The notes beneath the pieces were generated by a model. The model did not search any database. It had not been told where the DNA came from and saw only the letters and a program-made list of their open reading frames with translations. Shown here piece after piece: positions 23,283 to 36,829 of a DNA stretch of 64,000 bases (position 1 is the first letter of the stretch; every line of letters starts with the position of its first letter). Source of the DNA: Schmidtea polychroa (Eukaryota); the NCBI GenBank assembly GCA_044892525.1, contig CM097885.1:22074001-22138000 (forward strand), given 5' to 3'. Both the position numbers and the translations under genes were made by a program.

Positions 23283-25902
23283 AATACAAAAAGCTGGTCT
23301 ACACTAAAAAAAAAGCATGGAATTTTCACACTATAGTGAGGGGGTCTCGATGGTCCTGGGATTTTCAATACAAAAAAAATTTTTCAATACAAAAATCCGA
23401 CTACCACTAAAAAAGCCAAGGATTTTTCAGACTATAGTGAGGTGGGTCTCCTTGGTCCTGAGAAATAGGTGGTCTACACTAAAAAAACGTGGTAATTTAA
23501 GGTCTCAGGATATTTTCAATACAAAAAGCTGGTCTACACTAAAAAAGCATGGTAATTTAAGGTCTCAGGATATTTTCAATACAAAAAGGCTGGTCTACAC
23601 TAAAAAAGCCAAGGATTTTTCAGACTATAGTGAGGTGAGTCTCCTTGGTCCTGAGAAATAGGTGGTCTACACTAAAAACGTGGTAAATTTTTCAATTAAA
23701 GTAAATAATGGTCCAAATTTTAAAATTAAAGTAAATTATGGTTCTAAAAATTAAATTATAGTAAATTATGGCTCAAATTTTTAAATTACAGTAAATTATG
23801 GTCCTAAAAAATTAAATTACAGTAAATTATGGCTCAAATTTTTAAATTACAGTAAATTATGGTCCAAATTTTTAAATTAAAGTAAATTATGGTTCTAAAA
23901 ATTAAATTAAAGTAAATTATGGCTCAAATTTTTCAATTACAGTAAATAATGGTTCTAAAAATTGAAATTACAGTAAATTATGGTCAAACATTTTAAATTA
24001 AAGTAAATAATGGTCCAAATTTTTCAAATACAGTAAATTATGGGTCTAAAAATTAAATTACAGTAAATAATGGTTCTAAAAATTAAATTAAAGTAAATTA
24101 TGGTTCTAAAATATTAAATTACAGTAAATTATGGTCCAGATTTTTCAATTAAAGTAAATAATGGTCCAAATTTTTAAATTAAAGTAAATTTAAGTTCTTA
24201 AAAATTAAATTACAGTAAATAATGGTCCAAATTTTTAAATTAAGTAATCAATGGTAAAAAATTTTAAATAAGTAAATTAAAGTAATAATTTTTAAATTAA
24301 GTAATCAATGGTAAAAAATTTTAAATAAGTAAATTAAAGTAAATTAAAGTAAGATTTTAAAATTTAATTACAAAATAATAGAAGGTGTTTGAGAATTGAA
24401 ATTTTTTAATGAAAATTTTTATGAAATAATTTTTAAGTAATTTTTAATAGAAATTTTAATGAAATATTTTTCAATGGTAATTTTTAATGGAAATTTTTAT
24501 GGAATAATTTTTTAAGTAATTTTTAATGGAAATTTTTATGAAATATTTTTCAAAGACAAATTTTAATAATAATTCAACAACAAACCAACAACTTAGTACC
24601 AACAACCAGTAACTTACGAACATGTATTAACAACCAGATACCTACAACTAGTTACATGATACTAAGTAAATACAACCACCTAACAAGTACTAACAACCAA
24701 AAACAAGCAACCAACCAGGTACCAGTTAACAACTACTAAGTACCTACAACCAACTAGTTACCTGATACCAAGTACTTACAACTAAATACTAACAACCAGT
24801 TACCTGATACCTAGTACTTACAACTAGTTATTAACAACCAAAAACAAGCAACCAACTAGGTACCAAGTACTAACAACCAAAAACAACTAGCTAACAACTA
24901 GATACCAAGTACCTAAAACCACCTACTTATTAACTAGCTACCAAGTACTTACAACTAGCTACGACCTACCAAGTACTAACAACTAACAACAACCAGGTAA
25001 TAGATACCAAGTACTAACAACCAACATCAACCAGGTACTAAGCATTATCAACCAAGTACCTAAAACCACCTAACAAGTACTAACAACCAACATCAACCAG
25101 GTACTAAGCATTATCAACCAAGTACCTAAAACCACCTAACAAGTACATACAACCAACATCAACCAAGTACCTACAACTAGATACTAACAAACAGTTACCA
25201 AGTACCTACAACCACCTACCCATTAACTAGCTACAACCAGCTAACAACTAGCTACCAAGTACTAACAACCAACAACCAGCTAACAACTAACTACCAGATA
25301 CCTACTACTTACTACCAACAACTAAGTACTAACAACCAGCTAACAACTAGATACCAGGTACTAAGCATTATCAACCAAGTACCTACAACTAGATACCAAG
25401 TACCTACAACCACCTACCTATTAACTAGCTACTAGTTACTAACAACTAGATACCAAGTACATACAACCAACATCAACCAGGTACTAAGCATTATCAACCA
25501 AGTACTAACAACCAAGTACAAGATACCTAGTACTGTCAACTAGATACCAAACACTTACAACCAGATGACCACATGAAATTATTGGTTAAATATGAAAATA
25601 AGGGTTATAATTAGTTGTTTAGTAAATTATGGTGTAAAATTAAGTAATAAAGCATAAATAGGTAAATTAAGGATAAGTAAATTAAAGTTAAAAAATTAAA
25701 TTAAAGTTAAATAAGTAAATTAAAGTAATAATTTTTAAAGAATTTAATTAAAGTAATAATTTTTAAATAAATAATGTAATAAGTAAATTAAAGTAAGATT
25801 TTTAAATTTATTATCAAAAGATTGAATAACCACCAACTTTTTTGAGAAATGTAATTTTTAATGAAAATTTAAATGGAAATTTTAATGGAATAATAATAAT
25901 AA

Positions 25903-25948
<46 letters not shown>

Positions 25949-26359
25949 TCAACAGTTACCAACAATCGGTTACTAAATATTTTTAACTAGGTGCTACCAA
26001 GTACTTACATCTAGATACCACGTACTAAATAACTCTCAAACAACCAGATACTTACAACTAACTACTAAATATTCTTCACTGTATTTTATGAAATGTATTT
26101 TTTAAATTAATTTTTTATCTATCTACAAAAATATATTTAATTACAATCATTAGAAAAACCTTTTCAAATTTAACAAAAATGTTGATTTTCATCAAAAAAC
26201 CACAACTCAATCACTTTAAAACACTACGTGAAATTCAAAATAATTTAAATTACAATGAAAGACTAATGAATTCTAATTTACAAAACATTCTTCTTTTAAA
26301 TGATAACTACTGACTTATTATTGCAAAGTAAAAATCACATTCAATAAATACTTATTATT
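23283..26359. repeat. Left arm of second, gene-less foldback
   Basis: Reverse complement of 28508-31822, apart from scattered SNPs, one extra ~30 bp unit and an extra ~200 bp block in the right arm. Lacks the outermost ~300 bp. Confidence 0.95.
24575..25565. repeat. Strand-skewed variant minisatellite (CAACCAAGTACTAA / CAACTAGATAC), mirrored at ~29305-30297
   Basis: C/A-rich, G-poor shuffled short units; traces also near 26490-26790 and 35835-36460. Confidence 0.9.
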
Positions 26360-28507
26360 GATCAGTTTTATTATATATACTCTGAGTTTATCCGACAGGA
26401 TGTTTTGACCCCCTAAGGGTACTGGTCGCAAGGGTACTGGTCGTAAAGGTACTAGTCGTAGGGGTATTGGTAACACTCAACCACAACCTACCCATTAAGT
26501 AGTTACTATCAATCAGCTAACAACTAGATACCAACTACTAACAACCACCATCAAAACCCATCGAGAAATTAACAAATATCAACCTACAACTAGATACTTA
26601 CAACCAGATACCTGCTACCAAGTACTTACAACAAGATACCAAGTACCAACAATCAACTAACCACACATAAAAATAATAGCAATTAAATACAAAATATTCT
26701 TCATCACATACAATATCTTCTTATCAAAATCTAAAAAGTCAATCAGATATCAACTATCAACTACTAACAACCAACAACTATGTACTAACACAAATTGATC
26801 TTTAAAAGTAAATACTCATCACTTGAAAAATTGGATGAAAAATTAATTGAACTCAAGGCATCAATAACTAGGTAAAAATTGATTAAATTATTGTAAAAAT
26901 TTAAATTATTCAAAATAAATATCATAAAAATTTAATTAATGGACAAGAAAGAATTCTAATCATTAATCATCCAGTAAATAAAAAAATATGATCATTCAAG
27001 TTGAATCAACTAAGATAATAAATTAATAAGATAAGATTTAGTAGATAATTGATTTAGATTGAATAAATTAATTGAAATAAAATTAATTTTAATTATTTCT
27101 TTTTTAAAAGTAATACATGTACTCAAATTGATTGACTGATTGCTCAATATATTCAAAAATTCAGTATAAATTCATTACAATTATCAATGTCATCAATCTA
27201 CAATAAAAATAATTATCATTAAATTCCAAAAGAGACTGATAGCTAATGATAAAATCTAACAAACCAGTAAATTCATTTAAATGACAATAATTGGTATATC
27301 CAAGTGAGTTCTCCAATAAAATCATCTAAAAAGAATCATTTTCCCCTAAATATATCAATATTTAAAGATTGGTATTTTAATTATAAGTACTTGTTAAAAT
27401 CCCCTTAAATGACTATATTTCTATCCTTAATTCATATTATTACAAATATCATCTAAAAAGCATCAAATTTCATTGAAATAACACTATCTTTAAAGATTGA
27501 TATTTTAATGATAAGTACCCTTAAAACACTATATATTCACCTCAAACTAACAAGATTCCTTAAAATCTCTTAAATGACTATATTTCTACCCTTAATCCAT
27601 ATTATTACAAATATTTCACTAAAATCACCTAAAAAGCATCAAATTTCCCTGAAATACCAATCTTTAAAGATTAGTATTTTATCGATAAATATCCTTAAAA
27701 GGTTATATATTTACCTCAGACTAATAAGATTGCTTAAAATCCCCTTTAAATGACTTTAATTCCTATTATCACGAATATTATAAAACATGTAAAATAATTT
27801 GGTCATTAACCCTAAATAATTGATAAAATCTAATGATAAAACCGGTTATAATTAACTTTTTGTTAATCACTGTACTCGAAATTTAAAATAAATATAACTG
27901 ACTAGGTCCCATTATAAGATACAATTTATCCATTCAATAAAATATATTTCTTCAAATGATCATTTTACCGATATTCAACCGATTTAATTACTAATTAAAA
28001 TCAATCGATAGATTTCTTTCAATAAAGATCAATTTTATTTAGTCGATGTTTTAAGTCCATATTTCTAAACTTTTGTCATTCTCCATCTAAATAAAGATAA
28101 AAACAATTTAAAGTTGATATCAATCCCAATTATCTGTAAAGTTTTCATTGTCAAAACCAAGTAAATCGATCATTATCCTCTCCACTTATATTCCACCAAT
28201 TTTTCACCCATTTGAATTTATCATCGAGTAATTTCCTCACTTTAATGAAGATTCTTACCACCTTCATTGTTAATTTTATCAAAGTTTAAAGAATATTTCT
28301 CTTTACATTGCTTACCACATAAGATTTTTTATCGAAATTTATGATAATTTTACTGATTCAATGAAGAATGAGTTAATTAATATATACTCTGAGTTTATCC
28401 GACAAAATATTCTGTCCCCCTATGGGTATTGCTCACAAGGGTACTACTCACATTCAACATGTCGCAAGGGTACTTTTAATACTTTTATTTGAATGGTTAT
28501 TTAGGCA

Positions 28508-28918
28508 AATAATAAGTATTTATTGAATGTGATTTTTACTTTGCAATAATAAGTCAGTAGTTATCATTTAAAAGAAGAATGTTTTGTAAATTAGAATTCA
28601 TTAGTCTTTCATTGTAATTTAAATTATTTTGAATTTCACGTAGTGTTTTAAAGTGATTGAGTTGTGGTTTTTTGATGAAAATCAACATTTTTGTTAAATT
28701 TGAAAAGGTTTTTCTAATGATTGTAATTAAATATATTTTTGTAGATAGATAAAAAATTAATTTAAAAAATACATTTCATAAAATACAGTGAAGAATATTT
28801 AGTAGTTAGTTGTAAGTATCTGGTTGTTTGAGAGTTATTTAGTACGTGGTATCTAGATGTAAGTACTTGGTAGCACCTAGTTAAAAATATTTAGTAACCG
28901 ATTGTTGGTAACTGTTGA

Positions 28919-28970
<52 letters not shown>

Positions 28971-31900
28971 TTATTATTATTATTCCATTAAAATTTCCAT
29001 TTAAATTTTCATTAAAAATTACATTTCTCAAAAAAGTTGGTGGTTATTCAATCTTTTGATAATAAATTTAAAAATCTTACTTTAATTTACTTATTACATT
29101 ATTTATTTAAAAATTATTACTTTAATTAAATTCTTTAAAAATTATTACTTTAATTTACTTATTTAACTTTAATTTAATTTTTTAACTTTAATTTACTTAT
29201 CCTTAATTTACCTATTTATGCTTTATTACTTAATTTTACACCATAATTTACTAAACAACTAATTATAACCCTTATTTTCATATTTAACCAATAATTTCAT
29301 GTGGTCATCTGGTTGTAAGTGTTTGGTATCTAGTTGACAGTACTAGGTATCTTGTACTTGGTTGTTAGTACTTGGTTGATAATGCTTAGTACCTGGTTGA
29401 TGTTGGTTGTATGTACTTGGTATCTAGTTGTTAGTAACTAGTAGCTAGTTAATAGGTAGGTGGTTGTAGGTACTTGGTATCTAGTTGTAGGTACTTGGTT
29501 GATAATGCTTAGTACCTGGTATCTAGTTGTTAGCTGGTTGTTAGTACTTAGTTGTTGGTTGTAAGTAGTAGGTATCTGGTAGTTAGTTGTTAGCTGGTTG
29601 TTGGTTGTTAGTACTTGGTAGCTAGTTGTTAGCTGGTTGTAGCTAGTTAATGGGTAGGTGGTTGTAGGTACTTGGTAACTGTTTGTTAGTATCTAGTTGT
29701 AGGTACTTGGTTGATGTTGGTTGTATGTACTTGTTAGGTGGTTTTAGGTACTTGGTTGATAATGCTTAGTACCTGGTTGATGTTGGTTGTTAGTACTTGT
29801 TAGGTGGTTTTAGGTACTTGGTTGATAATGCTTAGTACCTGGTTGATGTTGGTTGTTAGTACTTGGTATCTATTACCTGGTTGTTGTTAGTTGTTAGTAC
29901 TTGGTAGGTCGTAGCTAGTTGTAAGTACTTGGTAGCTAGTTAATAAGTAGGTGGTTTTAGGTACTTGGTATCTAGTTGTTAGCTAGTTGTTTTTGGTTGT
30001 TAGTACTTGGTACCTAGTTGGTTGCTTGTTTTTGGTTGTTAATAACTAGTTGTAAGTACTAGGTATCAGGTAACTGGTTGTTAGTATTTAGTTGTAAGTA
30101 CTTGGTATCAGGTAACTAGTTGGTTGTAGGTACTTAGTAGTTGTTAACTGGTACCTAGTTGGTTGCTTGTTTTTGGTTGTTAGTACTTGTTAGGTGGTTG
30201 TATTTACTTAGTATCATGTAACTAGTTGTAGGTATCTGGTTGTTAATACATGTTCGTAAGTTACTGGTTGTTGGTACTAAGTTGTTGGTTTGTTGTTGAA
30301 TTATTAATAAAATTTGTCTTTGAAAAATATTTCATAAAAATTTCCATTAAAAATTACTTAAAAAATTATTCCATAAAAATTTCCATTAAAAATTACCATT
30401 GAAAAATATTTCATTAAAATTTCTATTAAAAATTACTTAAAAATTATTTCATAAAAATTTTCATTAAAAAATTTCAATTCTCAAACACCTTCTATTATTT
30501 TGTAATTAAATTTTAAAATCTTACTTTAATTTACTTTAATTTACTTATTTAAAATTTTTTACCATTGATTACTTAATTTAAAAATTATTACTTTAATTTA
30601 CTTATTTAAAATTTTTTACCATTGATTACTTAATTTAAAAATTTGGACCATTATTTACTGTAATTTAATTTTTAAGAACTTAAATTTACTTTAATTTAAA
30701 AATTTGGACCATTATTTACTTTAATTGAAAAATCTGGACCATAATTTACTGTAATTTAATATTTTAGAACCATAATTTACTTTAATTTAATTTTTAGAAC
30801 CATTATTTACTGTAATTTAATTTTTAGACCCATAATTTACTGTATTTGAAAAATTTGGACCATTATTTACTTTAATTTAAAATGTTTGACCATAATTTAC
30901 TGTAATTTCAATTTTTAGAACCATTATTTACTGTAATTGAAAAATTTGAGCCATAATTTACTTTAATTTAATTTTTAGAACCATAATTTACTTAAATTAA
31001 AAATTTGGACCATAATTTACTGTAATTTAAAAATTTGAGCCATAATTTACTGTAATTTAATTTTTTAGAACCATAATTTACTGTAATTTAATTTTTTAGG
31101 ACCATAATTTACTGTAATTTAAAAATTTGAGCCATAATTTACTATAATTTATTTTTTAGAACCATAATTTACTTTAATTTTAAAATTTGGACCATTATTT
31201 ACTTTAATTGAAAAATTTACCACGTTTTTAGTGTAGACCACCTATTTCTCAGGACCAAGGAGACTCACCTCACTATAGTCTGAAAAATCCTTGGCTTTTT
31301 TAGTGTAGACCAGCCTTTTTGTATTGAAAATATCCTGAGACCTTAAATTACCATGCTTTTTTAGTGTAGACCAGCTTTTTGTATTGAAAATATCCTGAGA
31401 CCTTAAATTGCCACGTTTTTTTAGTGTAGACCACCTATTTCTCAGGACCAAGGAGACCCACCTCACTATAGTCTGAAAAATCCTTGGCTTTTTTAGTGAT
31501 AGTCGGATTTTTGTATTGAAAAATTTTTTTTGTATTGAAAATCCCAGGACCATCGAGACCCCCTCACTATAGTGTGAATAATCCTTGGCTTTTTTAGTGA
31601 TAGTCGGATTTTTGTATTGAAAAATTTTTTTTTTGTATTGAAAATCCCAGGACCATCGAGACCCCCTCACTATAGTCTGAAAATTCCATGCTTTTTTAGT
31701 GAGACCGCCTTTTTGTATAGAAAAAAATTTTTTGTATTGAAAATCCCAGGACCATCGAGACCCACCTCACTATAGTGTGAAAATTCCATGCTTTTTTTTA
31801 GTGTAGACCAGCTTTTTGTATTGAAAATATTCTGAGACCTTAAATTACCATGCTTTTTTATTGGTAGACGGATTTTTGTATAGAAAAAAAATTTTTTGTA

Positions 31901-32122
31901 TTGAAAATCCCAGGACCATCGTTTTTGTATTGAAAAAAATTTTTTGTATTGAAAATCCCAGGACCATCGTTTTTGTATTGAAAAAATTTTTTTTGTATTG
32001 AAAATCCCAGGACCATCGAGACCCCCTCACTATAGTGTGGAACAATTGCGTAATAAAAAGTTGCAACAAAAAAAAATCGTGCAATAAAAAAAATTGTTGC
32101 AGCGGGCCACTATCTACCTACT
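28508..32122. repeat. Right arm of second foldback, ending in the AGTAG-type terminus
   Basis: Mirror of 23283-26359 plus terminal ...GCAGCGGGCCACTATCTACCTACT. Confidence 0.93.
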
Positions 32123-32495
32123 TTCAGTATTTAGCTACGAGTCAATAATAGTTCCTGTGAAATTATATCGTTTTAGGATTATTAGGTTGTAATGAATGTA
32201 ATTGTACAGTAATTTAGATTTATGTTTTACTTTAGAACCAGTTTTTATTAATTATCCACGGTTTTATTAAGTCGTTTAGGGTTAATGATCAATTAGGTGT
32301 TTATTTACTTGGTTTTGACAATGAAATATTGTTGCAGCGGGCCACTATCTACCTACTACTGAATATTTCCCTTATTAAAATTATCTTTCGATTTTACGCT
32401 GCTTACCATTTTAGAATAAGATTTTTTATCAAAATTTGTGATAATTTACTGATTCAATTTGATGGAGTTATTGTTAATTCGTTTTATTATATATA

Positions 32496-34565
32496 CTCTG
32501 AGTTTATCCGACAAGATATTTTGACCCCCCATGGGTATTGGTCGTAAGGTACTGGTCGTAAGGGTACTGGTATGTTTTAATGATTTTATTTAATTGGTTA
32601 TTATTTGGCACTAAATTAATTGGTAATTTTTTAGAGTTGATGTTAGTGGGATTTAGTGAATATTCAAGTGAATTACTATAATTTTTGTGAATTTCATGTT
32701 AATTGAAAGAATATTTAAGAATTTAAGGTTTTATTGTTAATTCTAAGACAAATTTAATTAATTTCTTGATAATTTGCTATATTTTATTGACTTATTTTTA
32801 AATAAAAATTATTTTTTATGACAGTTAGGTTAATAATTAGAGTTTTTACAATAATCAAGTGATAGGATAAATTATTCAATTTTTATGATGACTTTGTAAT
32901 GATAATTTGATTAAATAATTTTTTCATATATTTTCTAAGAATATTTCCATTTACGCATTGATGAACTTTTAAATATTGAAAATCTAAGTTGAAACCAGCT
33001 AATTTTATCAATAATTTTATTTGAAATCTACTTGAAAATTATTGTAAATTGTACTGAAATTTGTGATTTAGTTTGGAAGATAATAATTGGCTGAATCGAT
33101 GAAGAATTATGATCAATCAATGAGAAATTATCATCCCTAGTTAGATATTTGATGATAAATGTGGTGAAATATTTGTAGAAAATATTGATTTTAGTGAATG
33201 TTGATCTTTTAGTGGGCTCTTACTACATGAATTTAGCTACTAAATTATTTCAATGGAAAAATGTTTGGTATCTGTAACAATTAAATAAAATTCATATTTT
33301 GAAGAATTTTCTATGGATTTTAAAAGAATTGATATATTAAAGCAGTGTTTCTCAAACTATGGGTCGCGACCCATTTTTGGGTCGCGAAAGAATTTTTGGT
33401 GGGTCGCGATGACTTATGGAAAGATCTACAAATATAAATTTTGGAAGTTTAAGCCTTTTAAATTTATTTAATCTTTGTCATGTGGGTCGCAATAAAATTT
33501 TTGGCATGAAATGTCAAAAATTTGGGTCGTGATCAAAAAAGTTTGAGAACCACTGTATTAAAGGGCTCAAGTGGGTGAACTTAATGGATATAGTCGGTTG
33601 GATTTAGTGAGGGTTTGGTTAAGATGTGAATATATGATTTTTAAGGAATATATTCGGTTGGATGTTTAAAGGGGTAGAAATATTTGGTGAGGGATCGGTT
33701 AAGGTGGAAATGTTTTGAATATCTCTATTTAATTCGATAATTTTCTTATTGGTAAAATATCAATGTTTCAAGGCAAATATTCAGTATTTAGCTATGAGTC
33801 AATAATAGTTCCTGTGAAATTATATCGTTTTAGGATTATTAGGTTGTAATGAATGTAATTGTACAGTAATTTAGATTTATGTTTTACTTTAGAACCAGTT
33901 TTTATTAATTATCCACGGTTTTATTAAGTCGTTTAGGGTTAATGATCAATTAGGTGTTTATTTACTTGGTTTTGACAATGAAATATCTGAAATATTTAGA
34001 ATTAATTGGGAATGATATCAAAGGTTATTGCTTTAAATTATTTACCTTTATTTAACATGTTATAGACGGATATTCATTGTGTGGATATCGATGACAAAAC
34101 TTGAGAAATATTGATTTAAAAGAGTTGGACATCGACAACAACTAAAGAAAATTGAACTTTATTGAAGGAAATTTATGATTTTAATTAGAAATTAAATCGG
34201 CTGAATATCAGTTAAGGGTAAAATATGATCATTTGAAGGAATATTGTTATCGGGTGGATAAACCTTTCAATGATATTTTGCTAAATTACCTTTTGCCAAA
34301 TATTATTTTAAATGACAAAGTTAACCAATAAATTAGTCGATCGAAATAAGAATTCGGTAAAAGTTACATTTAAAATATTCCAATTATTCACGAATTTCTG
34401 ATAAAGATATATATGAGCATCTATTTCTCACTAAATTACCTAGGAATTTCTAAATGATATACATGTACCTTAATTAATATACCCTCGCGACATGTTGAAT
34501 GTGAGTAGTACCCTTACGACAAATACACATAGGGGGACAGAATATTTTGTCGGATAAATTCAGAC
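32496..34565. mobile_element. Non-autonomous TIR element (CTCTGAGTTTATCCGACA...TGTCGGATAAATTCAGAC), TA-flanked
   Basis: Inverted pair of the motif with TA on both sides. Other copies of the end lie near 26380, 28386, 36274 and 36731; the interior resembles 27300-28150 inverted. Confidence 0.55.
33343..33555. mobile_element. hAT (Charlie-like) MITE
   Basis: TIR CAGTGTTTCTCAAAC / GTTTGAGAACCACTG, 8 bp TSD TATTAAAG, internal GGGTCGCG repeats. Confidence 0.92.
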
Positions 34566-35002
34566 TATATATATATATATATATATAAACTCAATATGCT
34601 ATGGTTTTTATTGATTAATTTGTTGTATATTGCATTAATACATCAAAATGTCAGATAATATTTATAAATTAACTAAAAAATACACAAAAATACTATATTA
34701 CCTAAGAATTCTGTTATGTTTCTAGTTAAATAATTGAAATAATTGGTATATGTATCAACTATATAAAAATTGTTATGAATCCAAGAATATTTTAATTAAA
34801 TGGTATAACCAAAAACATGGATTTCTAACTAAATTGGTAAATTTATCATATCATCACCATTTGGTAGTTGCGCCCAATATATTTTATTACCAAGATTATT
34901 TCATATTATTCAATGTTTGAAAATTTTCTATATTATAGTACCGTCATTATGTATGGTAATAATTCATTTGACTTTGATATTGTATTGATTTGTATTGAGA
35001 AC

Positions 35003-35235
35003 TTACATGTATATAGTATGATATTCATTAATCAGTGTTGAACAGGCTTGACAATTGTGAACATTCTTCTCGTGACACTTAGAAAAAACAATAAGTGACC
35101 ACACGGTAAATACAAAACCGAAACTTGATTTTCTTTACAAATTGAACAAGTTAAATACCTTTTCTTAACATCGTTCAGTTTTTCCGTTAGCTTATTTTCA
35201 ATCAGTGTAAAGTTTTTATGAAATAATTTTCCAAG
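35003..35235 (-). pseudogene. IAP-type C-terminal RING finger relic
   Basis: ENKLTEKLNDVKKRYLTCSICKENQVSVLYLPCGHLLF, a 1-nt deletion, then SKCHEKNVHNCQACSTLINEYHTIYM-stop. Confidence 0.75.
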
Positions 35236-36273
35236 TCAAAATTAAATACAAATTTTTATTAAATTAATTTTAAAGACAGATTTCAATTAACCACTACTAA
35301 TAAAAATAATAGTAAATGAAAAGGGTAAATTTTAAAACTAACTAATAAATTTAGAAAGAGAATGAGAATTGATAGTAATAATTAAATTAAAGTAAATTAT
35401 GGACATAAATTTTTAATTAAAGTAATAATTTTTAATCTATTATAAAAAAGTTTGAATGATAGACAGGTTTTGAGAAATGAAAATTTTAATGAAATAGTTT
35501 TTAAAGAAAATTTAGATGCAAATTTTACAAATAATAATAATGATAATAATGATAATAAAATTATATTAATAAAAATAATAATAAAAATAATAATAATAAT
35601 AAAAATAATACTTTATATTGTGAAGCATTAATAATGTAATTATATTTGAATATTTTTTATACATGTATAACAATTAATTAAAACAAATTTAAATAATATT
35701 AATAGATTAAATTAATTAAAATGGAATTGAGAAATGATGCAGTATATCAAATTATTGGTCCAAGGGCTGTAGGAAAACATTATTTGTTTGTAAATTATTA
35801 CAATCAAATATGTTTAAGTCAAAATTTAAAAGGTCAACCAGATACTTACAATCAAATACTTACAACAATGTATTTCTAACAAACAGCTAGATACCAAATA
35901 CTTTCAACATGATACCACGTACTAACTAACTCTCAAACAACCAGATACTTACAACTAACTACTTACAATCAACTAAATATTCTTCATTGTATTTTATGAA
36001 ATGCTTTTTAAATTTTTTTATCTGTCTTCAAAATATGTTTAATTACAATCAGTAGAAAAACCTTTTCAAAATGTCTAAATTTAACAAAAATGATGATATT
36101 CATCAAAAAATGAATAATAACGTGGGATTGATGATAATTTAAATTAAAATGAAAGACTATAGAATTCTAATTTACAAAACATTCTTCTTTTAATTGATTA
36201 CTACTGACTTATTATTGCAATGTAAAAATCGCATTCAATAAATACTTATTGTTGATCAGTTTTATTATATATA

Positions 36274-36731
36274 CTCTGAGTTTATCCGACAGGATGTTTT
36301 GACCCCCTAAGGGTACTGGTCGTAAGGGTATTGCTAACACTCAACCCCCACCTACCCATTTACTAGATACTAGATACCAACAACTAGCTAACAACTAGAT
36401 ACTAAGTACTTACAACCGACAACAACCAGATACTAAGCATTATCAACCTACAACTATATAACAACAATCAGTAAACATTGTATAGATCATGTGGTTGAAA
36501 ATGTTATGAACTGTGGAGATGATGAATGTGAAAGTGGTAATAAATTTTAGTGTATATTTAAAGTATAATATTTAGAATTTCTTTGTTAAAGTTTTGTCTT
36601 GAATATTTTTACCAGTAACTTTGTGAACAATACCCATGTGACTTGTCGAGTGTGAGCAGTACCCTAGTGATCAGTACCTTTGTGAGCATTACCCATAGGG
36701 GGACAGAATATTTTGTCGGATAGACTAGGAG
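36274..36731. mobile_element. Short element with the same CTCTGAGTTTATCCGACA TIR family
   Basis: Forward end at 36274 and reverse end TGTCGGATAGACTAGGAG at 36731, TA-flanked. Confidence 0.55.
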
Positions 36732-36786
<55 letters not shown>

Positions 36787-36829
36787 TATAATAATAATAA
36801 TAATAATAATAATAAAACTTAGAAAATAA

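Noticed and set aside
23317..23661. 114 aa ORF and its mirrors at 31242-31670 and 31845-32084
   Set aside because: Arise from subterminal tandem repeats; no protein-like features.
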